From positions 54,444-118,443 of the forward strand of contig DAOLES010000005.1 of assembly GCA_035326705.1 (NCBI GenBank): a stretch of 64,000 bases of DNA. Reading direction: 5' to 3'. Origin of the DNA: Oligoflexia bacterium (GTDB lineage Bacteria > Bdellovibrionota_G > JALEGL01). The notes below the pieces were generated by a model. The model saw only the letters and a list, made by a program, of their open reading frames with translations, ran no database searches and was not told where the DNA came from. Shown piece after piece: positions 57,499 to 64,000 of this stretch (position 1 is its first letter; the number at the start of each line of letters is the position of its first letter). The translations under genes were made by a program, and so were the position numbers.

Positions 57499-58575
57499 AT
57501 GAAAACTTGCCCTTTTTGTAGTCATAGCATCGACGAATCCAATCAATTGGTTCAGTACTATCTTAGCCACGAACAGTTGTTAGAGTCCATTAATCTAAAA
57601 CATCCACAGTGGAATTCCTCTGATGGAGCTTGTTTATCCTGTTTAGAACGCTTTTATCAAGAGTTTTCCGCACAAAAAAACTTGGCGGCTGGCCCTGAGG
57701 AGCCCACCATTGTTGCTACATCTATTAGTATGGTGGATAAGCAAAACTCTAAGTTTCAGGAAGCTTGCCTGATCATGATTCATGGGCCCAATTTTGGTAA
57801 ACAATACCATATTCATGAAGAAGGTTTGACCATTGGCCGCAGTGAAAAAGTTCAGGTTCAGGTCTTTGGTGAAAATGTCTCGCGCAAACATGCCAGAATC
57901 GTCAAAGAAAAGGATAGTTTTATTATTGAAGACTTAAACTCCACCAACGGCACCTTTATCAACACCCGTAAAGTGACCCGTCAAGCACTTGAAGATGGTG
58001 ATTTGATTTTGGTGGGTAATAATATTTTAAAATTCATTTATGGGAGCAATACCGAAACCCAATATTATGAAGAAATGTACCGTTTGGCCACCAAAGATGG
58101 TTTAACCCAAGCCTACAACAAAGTGTTTTTTTTGGAAAAACTCAATGAAGAGTTTAGACGTTCGCAGCGTTACAAACGTGATTTATCCTTAATTATGTTT
58201 GATTTAGACCATTTTAGCATCATCAATAACCAACACGGTCATGTTACCGGTGACTCTGTATTAAAAATTATTGCTAAAAATATCTTGGCCAATATTAGAA
58301 AAGAAGACATTTTTGGCCGCTATGGTGGTGAAGAATTTGCCTTACTTTTGCCAGAAATTGATTGCGCCGGGGCTTTGACCCTTGCAGAAAAAATACGGCG
58401 CATGATTGAGAGCATTCCTTTTAAAATCAAAGACACTCATATCAATATTACCTTAAGTGCAGGCATTGCCAGTGTAGATATGGATATGAAAACCAGCAAA
58501 GACCTCATTGAAAAAGCCGATAAAGCCCTTTACGATGCCAAACACCATGGCCGCAATACGGTTAAAGTGGCTTAA
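57499..58575 (+). CDS. Zn-ribbon-like / FHA / GGDEF diguanylate cyclase
   Basis: N-terminal CPFC...CLSC pairs. The FHA core is LTIGRSEKVQV...VSRKHARI...LNSTNGTFIN. The GGDEF domain has the active-site RYGGEEFALL. Confidence 0.85.
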   Translation: MKTCPFCSHSIDESNQLVQYYLSHEQLLESINLKHPQWNSSDGACLSCLERFYQEFSAQKNLAAGPEEPTIVATSISMVDKQNSKFQEACLIMIHGPNFGKQYHIHEEGLTIGRSEKVQVQVFGENVSRKHARIVKEKDSFIIEDLNSTNGTFINTRKVTRQALEDGDLILVGNNILKFIYGSNTETQYYEEMYRLATKDGLTQAYNKVFFLEKLNEEFRRSQRYKRDLSLIMFDLDHFSIINNQHGHVTGDSVLKIIAKNILANIRKEDIFGRYGGEEFALLLPEIDCAGALTLAEKIRRMIESIPFKIKDTHINITLSAGIASVDMDMKTSKDLIEKADKALYDAKHHGRNTVKVA

Positions 58576-58726
58576 TTGACCATTTAATTGTTTTAAATGG
58601 CTTATTCTTGCTCCAAGTCCAAGATAAATCATTACCCTCTCTTAAAAATGCAATGTATTGCGTTTTATATTCCCTGTTAATCAGCTAAGGCCAGTTGACA
58701 AAAATTGCCGGCCCCGATAACAAACC

Positions 58727-60550
58727 TTGGTGCCTAAAACTATTCAAATATTACCCAATCATGTTGTCCAACAAATTGCTGCTGGTGAAGTGGTTGAGCG
58801 TCCAGCCTCAATTATCAAAGAACTTTTAGAAAACTCCATTGATGCTGGAGCCACTGCCATTGATATTGTAATCCGCCAGGGAGGCATAGACGGCATTGAA
58901 ATAACAGACAATGGCCATGGCATTGACAAAGATCAACTCCAATTGGCCTTAACTGCTCATGCCACTTCTAAGTTAAGTGAAGAAAGTGACTTACACCATA
59001 TCCAAACCCGAGGTTTTAGAGGTGAAGCCTTGGCCAGTATTGCGGCTATTTCTCACTTAAATTTACACAGTAAACCTCAAGAGCAAGAGCATGGTTTTAT
59101 GATTGCTTCAAAAGGTGGAGAACTTAGCCAAATACAACCCAGTGCTCTTCCCAATGGTACAAAAATCAATATTGCTCACCTCTTTTACAATACCCCTGCC
59201 AGAAAAAAGTTTTTAAAAAGTCCAAACAGTGAAAAAAACCATATCATTGCTCAAATTAAAAAAATTGCCTTGGTTGAATATGGCATAAGCTTTAAAATTT
59301 TTATTGCTGATCAAGGTCAACAAAAGCTGCTTTATCATTGGCCTGCCCAGGACAATTGGTTACAACGTATTGAAACCATTTTCCCTGGTGATGTTAAAGA
59401 TAAACTTTTACCCGTGCATAACCATCAGCATCAACATCTTTCAATTCAAGGTTATATTTCTAACCGGCACCTAAGTTTTTCACGCAGCAGTGAAATTTAT
59501 TTTTATGTTAACCATAGACCGGTGAGTGACAAAACTTTACAAGCGGCCTTAATGGAAGGTTATCGTACGGCAATGATGGAAAAGCGCTATCCCATGGCCA
59601 TTGTCAAAATAGACATTGACCCACAATGGGTGGATGTGAACATTCATCCCCGTAAGAATGAAGTTCGTTTTTCTAATCCCCAACAAATCTTTCAAGAGCT
59701 GGCCTTTGTTATCAAACAAAGTTTGAATCAACAAAAAACTTCTGATGCTCAATTAACCGCAACATCTTTCTTTAACAATACAGTCTCTCAACAAAACTTT
59801 GTTCCAGCGTATGCAAGCCAACAAAAATCAGTTCCTGGCTCAACCAGCTCTTATGGTTTATCTTCTCCAGTGGGTGCAAATTTTTCACAACCCTTTATTT
59901 CTTCATTTGCAGAACCAAGTTTACCTTATACCGCCGATGTTTTAGAAAATCCCAATGCTTATTTTTCTCAATTTAATTTTATTGGTCATATTGACCATAC
60001 TTATTTATTATGTAGCAATCATCAGAAACTCATTATTGTTGATCAGCATGCTGCGCATGAACGTATTTTATTTGATCAATATAAACAGCAGTTTTCAAAA
60101 GCTTCACATTTACAAAAAGGTCAGCAGTTGTTAAACCCGATCAACCTCAACTTTTCTCCCGAAAAAACAGAAGTTTTAACTGAAAACTTGGAAACTTTTT
60201 GCCAATTGGGCTTTGATTTAGAAGCTTTTGGTCCACAGAGTTTTATTTTAAGAAGTACCCCTTCTTTTTTAATCAAACAAGATGCAAAAGTTTACATTGA
60301 AAACGTATGCAATGATTTATTAAGCAACCATCAAACAACCCAAGGTTTGGAAGATCCAATTGACCATATTTGCAGTTCTATGGCTTGTCATAGTGCGGTT
60401 AGAGCACATGATATTTTAAGCCCTAAAGAAGTAGATTATTTATTAAGAAGTATGGATGGTGTTGACTTGGCTTCATATTGTCCACATGGTCGTCCCACTT
60501 ACATAGAGTATCAGGTTTCTGATTTTGAAAAACTATTTAAACGGGTATGA
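58727..60550 (+). CDS. mutL: DNA mismatch repair protein MutL
   Basis: IQILPNHVVQQIAAGEVVERPASIIKELLENSIDAGA, GFRGEAL and the C-terminal endonuclease motif DQHAAHERILF. Non-ATG start (TTG/GTG). Confidence 0.9.
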   Translation: MVPKTIQILPNHVVQQIAAGEVVERPASIIKELLENSIDAGATAIDIVIRQGGIDGIEITDNGHGIDKDQLQLALTAHATSKLSEESDLHHIQTRGFRGEALASIAAISHLNLHSKPQEQEHGFMIASKGGELSQIQPSALPNGTKINIAHLFYNTPARKKFLKSPNSEKNHIIAQIKKIALVEYGISFKIFIADQGQQKLLYHWPAQDNWLQRIETIFPGDVKDKLLPVHNHQHQHLSIQGYISNRHLSFSRSSEIYFYVNHRPVSDKTLQAALMEGYRTAMMEKRYPMAIVKIDIDPQWVDVNIHPRKNEVRFSNPQQIFQELAFVIKQSLNQQKTSDAQLTATSFFNNTVSQQNFVPAYASQQKSVPGSTSSYGLSSPVGANFSQPFISSFAEPSLPYTADVLENPNAYFSQFNFIGHIDHTYLLCSNHQKLIIVDQHAAHERILFDQYKQQFSKASHLQKGQQLLNPINLNFSPEKTEVLTENLETFCQLGFDLEAFGPQSFILRSTPSFLIKQDAKVYIENVCNDLLSNHQTTQGLEDPIDHICSSMACHSAVRAHDILSPKEVDYLLRSMDGVDLASYCPHGRPTYIEYQVSDFEKLFKRV

Positions 60551-61449
60551 CTACAGCGCAAAAACCTATTTTAGCTTTGGTTGGACCAACAGCTTCAGGT
60601 AAATCTGATATTGCTTTTGGCTTGGCTCAAAAGTATCCTTTGGAGTTGGTCAACATAGACAGCTTACAAATTTACAAACATATGGATATTGGCACTGCCA
60701 AACCCACCCAAACTGAACTTGCTTCTTGTAAACATCATTTGTTTAATATTTTAAACCCGGACCAAAACATCACCGCCCTAGGTTATGCACAGCAAGCCAA
60801 AACAATTATTACTGATATTCATCAGCGCCAATTCATTCCCCTTTTGGTTGGTGGTTCTGGTTTTTATTTACAGGCTTTAAGCAATAACAAAACCTTTAAG
60901 CCCGGAACCCTTGAAGACGATAGTATTGAAAATTTATATGCTTTTATCCAAGCCAAAGCCCCACATATTGCCCAAGAAATTCATGTTAATGATAGCTATC
61001 GTGTTAGAAGGTTAGCCTTTTTACTTAAGCACGACCCTGATTTTTCTTGGGAATCCTATACATCTGTTCACTATCAGCACAATATTCATTCTTTTGTTGT
61101 CCAATGGCCAAGAGAACAGCTTTATAAGCGTATCAATGCGCGAGTAATAAAAATGTTTGAACAAGGACTTTTAATTGAAACTCAAAACCTATTGAAAAAC
61201 TTCCCTCAATGTCAGCCTAAATTGGCCAAAACCATTGGCTATGCTCAGTGTTTAAAACATCTCAATGGCGACTATAGTTATGAAGAAGCCATAGTCCAAA
61301 CCCAGCAAAAAACCCGAAATTATGCCAAAAGACAAAGCACTTGGTTTAAAAATAGAGGACAAAGCCAGTGGTTTGCATATCATGAAATCTTTGATAAGCT
61401 AGAGCTTCTCATTAAAGGGATATGCTCAGAGCATAATATAAAAGGGTAA
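60547..61449 (+). CDS. miaA: tRNA dimethylallyltransferase
   Basis: ILALVGPTASGKSDIA P-loop, DSLQIYKHMDIGTAKP and LLVGGSGFYL. 4 nt overlap with mutL. Confidence 0.9.
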   Translation: MTTAQKPILALVGPTASGKSDIAFGLAQKYPLELVNIDSLQIYKHMDIGTAKPTQTELASCKHHLFNILNPDQNITALGYAQQAKTIITDIHQRQFIPLLVGGSGFYLQALSNNKTFKPGTLEDDSIENLYAFIQAKAPHIAQEIHVNDSYRVRRLAFLLKHDPDFSWESYTSVHYQHNIHSFVVQWPREQLYKRINARVIKMFEQGLLIETQNLLKNFPQCQPKLAKTIGYAQCLKHLNGDYSYEEAIVQTQQKTRNYAKRQSTWFKNRGQSQWFAYHEIFDKLELLIKGICSEHNIKG

Positions 61450-61501
61450 ATTAGTATTTAAACATTGATAGATAATAAAGAAAGCCTCTCATCAAAAAAT
61501 T

Positions 61502-62458
61502 ATGAATATGCACTTGGACTTTGAAAAACCTATTGTTGAATTAGAACAAAAAATCTCTGAGCTAAAAGATTTAAAGTTAGCTGGAAAAGTTAATATTGAT
61601 CATGAGCTTAAAAAGCTTGAGCAAAAATTATCTCATTTGATTATCACAACTTTTTCTAAGCTAGACCCTTGGCAAAAAACCCAATTGTCTCGTCATCCAA
61701 ACCGTCCATATTTTTTAGATTATGTGAATGAAATTTTTGAAAACTTTACTGAACTACACGGAGACCGCAACTTCTCTGATGATAAGTCTATTATTGGTGG
61801 ATTGGCTCAATTTGCCAATCAACCTGTTATGCTGATTGGCCACCAAAAAGGTCGCAGCACCAAAGAAAAAATGCAACGCAACTTTGGTATGCCGCAACCA
61901 GAAGGATACCGTAAAGCTTTGCGTTTAATGGGTTTAGCAGAACGCTTTTTTATTCCCATCATTACTTTTATTGATACCCCAGGCGCTTATCCCGGTATAG
62001 AAGCTGAAGAACGTGGGCAAGCAGAAGCCATTGCTAAAAACATTATGGTGATGTCGCATTTAAAAGTACCCATTATTTCTGTTGTTATTGGAGAAGGTGG
62101 TTCTGGTGGTGCTTTGGCCATTGGTGTGGCCAACAAAATTTTAATGCTTGAGTACACCACTTATTCAGTTATATCTCCAGAGTCCTGCGCAGCAATCTTA
62201 TGGCGGGATGCTACCAAAGGCGAAATTGCTTCTAAGAGTTTAAAACTAACCGCTGAAGAAATTTATAAACTTGGAATAGCAGATGAGATCATTCCTGAAC
62301 CTGATGGGGGTGCACATAGAAACTTTAAAAAAGCTGCTCTTAATTTAAAAACTTCCATAGGGAAAACACTAACAGCCTTGAATAAATTAAGCCCAATAGC
62401 TTTGGTTAAAGATCGTGATGCAAAATTTAGGAAAATTGGGGTGTTTTCAGATGAATAA
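61502..62458 (+). CDS. accA: Acetyl-CoA carboxylase carboxyltransferase subunit alpha
   Basis: LDFEKPIVELEQKI, RHPNRPY, FIDTPGAYPGIEAEERGQAEAIA and GEGGSGGALA are canonical AccA blocks. Confidence 0.9.
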   Translation: MNMHLDFEKPIVELEQKISELKDLKLAGKVNIDHELKKLEQKLSHLIITTFSKLDPWQKTQLSRHPNRPYFLDYVNEIFENFTELHGDRNFSDDKSIIGGLAQFANQPVMLIGHQKGRSTKEKMQRNFGMPQPEGYRKALRLMGLAERFFIPIITFIDTPGAYPGIEAEERGQAEAIAKNIMVMSHLKVPIISVVIGEGGSGGALAIGVANKILMLEYTTYSVISPESCAAILWRDATKGEIASKSLKLTAEEIYKLGIADEIIPEPDGGAHRNFKKAALNLKTSIGKTLTALNKLSPIALVKDRDAKFRKIGVFSDE

Positions 62459-62475
62459 AATATATTTGATTGTAT

Positions 62476-64000
62476 ATGCTTAAAAACTTTTATGAAACTA
62501 CTGTGAATAAGCTTTTTTCTAATTCTATTAAACGTCGCTTCATTTTAGCTTATGTTCTTTTTATTGTTTTTGCACTAACCATTCTTTTGTTTAACTATGT
62601 TCAATACCAAAAAAATATTAAAAATCTAAATAGCCTACAACAAACATTTTTACCACTCAACAAACAAATCAATACCTACAGCCATTATTTACACTTACAT
62701 GAAAGTTTTTCATTGGATACGATTATTAATAATTATGATAGAAAAAACTTTTTACATTCTTTAACTGCAATTAATCCAAAACTTTTCGCAGATAAAATGC
62801 AAGAAAGTTTTGATAATGCTGAAAGTTTTCTCAATCAAAAAAATAAAAACCCAAGTCTACATTGGTTGAGAATTCAAAAAATGTTTAAGCTGTTGCAAAA
62901 AAAACATGAAGTTTATCAAAGCTATATCTATAAACTCGCCAACCATATTCAAATACCACAAGAATCTGATACAGAAGAGATGTTAAAAAGCCTTAATCAA
63001 GAGCATGAAAAAGTCCGTCGTGAATTAGATAGTAAAAAAACAGAGATTATTAATCGCATCAACGCCTTATCAAAAATCATTCATAAACAAATAGAAACCA
63101 CCATTACAGAAAACATTAGCAACGAAAATTATCTTTTCACCATCACTTCAAGTGTAGCTTTATTAATGATTTTATTATCCGTTCTTGCCTTACAAATTGG
63201 CCTGCAAGCTTTAAGACCCTTTGCTCAAATTAAGCAAGCCAGTGAAAAAATTAAAACAGGTCAATATGATTTACGTTTAGATACCTCAGGTCCAATTGAA
63301 TTTCAAAGTGTGGCTCACTCTTTTAATGCCATGGCGCAATCTCTACAGGAACGCAATGAAAAAATTGATCAACAACACTTACAAATCTTGCATACACAAA
63401 AACTTGCAACCATTGGAGAAATGGCCACAAAAATCAATCATGAAATAAGAAACCCGTTAAATGCAATTCAACTTAATCTAGAACTACTATTAGATGATGA
63501 CATTCCTGACAATGCAAAACAAAATATCACTTCTATCTCTTCACAAATTGATAGACTTTTCACTATAACTGAAACTTATTTACAAACAGCAAAAAAAGAT
63601 ACTTATAAAAATCAAGCTATAGTCATTGATGATTTTCTAGAAGACTTGCAACAGTTTTTTAGACCCAGTTTTGCCAGTAAACATATTAAATTTGTATTAA
63701 ACAACAATACCAAACTCAAAACATTAGTATTTGATGAGTCCTTGCTTTTTCAAGCACTATTGAATGTCATAAGAAATGCTTTAGATGCCTGTCAAAATAA
63801 TGATACCATTGGTCTTATCTTAGAAAAAAATGAAACTCATATTCTATTTAAACTATGGAATACAGGAGCAATGATTGATCCAGACCATCAATATAAAATT
63901 TTTGATGCTTTTTATACCAGTAAAAAATCTGGTTCAGGCTTAGGTTTATCGATCACTAAAGATCTACTCAGCACACAAGATGCAGATATTTTTTTAGAAT
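62476..64000 (+). CDS. Sensor histidine kinase (TM - HAMP - HisKA - HATPase_c), 3' end outside the window
   Basis: Not in the ORF track because it is open-ended. Manual translation from the ATG at 62476 gives two TM segments, a HAMP-like region (RPFAQIKQASEKIKTGQYDLRL), the H-box EMATKINHEIRNPLNAI, the N-box RNALDA and the G-box SGSGLGLSI. Confidence 0.8.
   Translation, partial: MLKNFYETTVNKLFSNSIKRRFILAYVLFIVFALTILLFNYVQYQKNIKNLNSLQQTFLPLNKQINTYSHYLHLHESFSLDTIINNYDRKNFLHSLTAINPKLFADKMQESFDNAESFLNQKNKNPSLHWLRIQKMFKLLQKKHEVYQSYIYKLANHIQIPQESDTEEMLKSLNQEHEKVRRELDSKKTEIINRINALSKIIHKQIETTITENISNENYLFTITSSVALLMILLSVLALQIGLQALRPFAQIKQASEKIKTGQYDLRLDTSGPIEFQSVAHSFNAMAQSLQERNEKIDQQHLQILHTQKLATIGEMATKINHEIRNPLNAIQLNLELLLDDDIPDNAKQNITSISSQIDRLFTITETYLQTAKKDTYKNQAIVIDDFLEDLQQFFRPSFASKHIKFVLNNNTKLKTLVFDESLLFQALLNVIRNALDACQNNDTIGLILEKNETHILFKLWNTGAMIDPDHQYKIFDAFYTSKKSGSGLGLSITKDLLSTQDADIFLE

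Overview
This is an AT-rich chromosomal window from a Gram-negative-type bacterium. AmpG, a LapA/LapB-like pair, Tat, MurJ, a type IV pilin-like protein and DciA are present. The gene content is reminiscent of Bdellovibrionota or Oligoflexia-like lineages, but that is only a guess. Positions 1-38.3 kb and 54.4-64 kb are mostly ordinary housekeeping and envelope genes: LOG, ampG, mscS, rsmB-like, long-form ispG, comM/yifB, tatA, asnS, a Cys/Met PLP enzyme, osmC, an OPT transporter, GST, gloA, murJ, mutL, miaA, accA, an FHA-GGDEF protein and a sensor kinase. Lineage-specific secreted proteins and lipoproteins are interspersed. The interesting part is a composite accessory and defence region at about 38.7-54.4 kb next to an initiator tRNA-Met gene (54328-54404, minus strand). 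Its youngest layer is a 9.3 kb integrative island (45028-54372). The island is bounded by a perfect 45 bp direct repeat of the tRNA 3' half. It carries a tyrosine integrase, a TIR-like + DUF4231/SLATT two-gene cassette, an XRE / lipoprotein / TIGR02391 module, an Xis/AlpA-like HTH, a 550 bp ORF-free segment and an MmeI-family Type IIL restriction-modification enzyme. To its left lies an older, integrase-less layer (about 38.8-45.0 kb). It has degenerate tRNA-end remnants, a Dcm methyltransferase coupled to an ABC-ATPase with a TOPRIM-like tail (OLD/PARIS-like), and a Tiki/ChaN-like secreted protein. It also has an AbiEi/AbiEii-like pair sitting between the gloA 3' end and a diverged copy of that 3' end. 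A short repeat family recurs at the module boundaries. My best candidates for an undescribed system are the integrase-linked TIR-like/SLATT pair and the Dcm + ATPase-TOPRIM pair. All family calls come from motif recognition by eye; no database search was possible.
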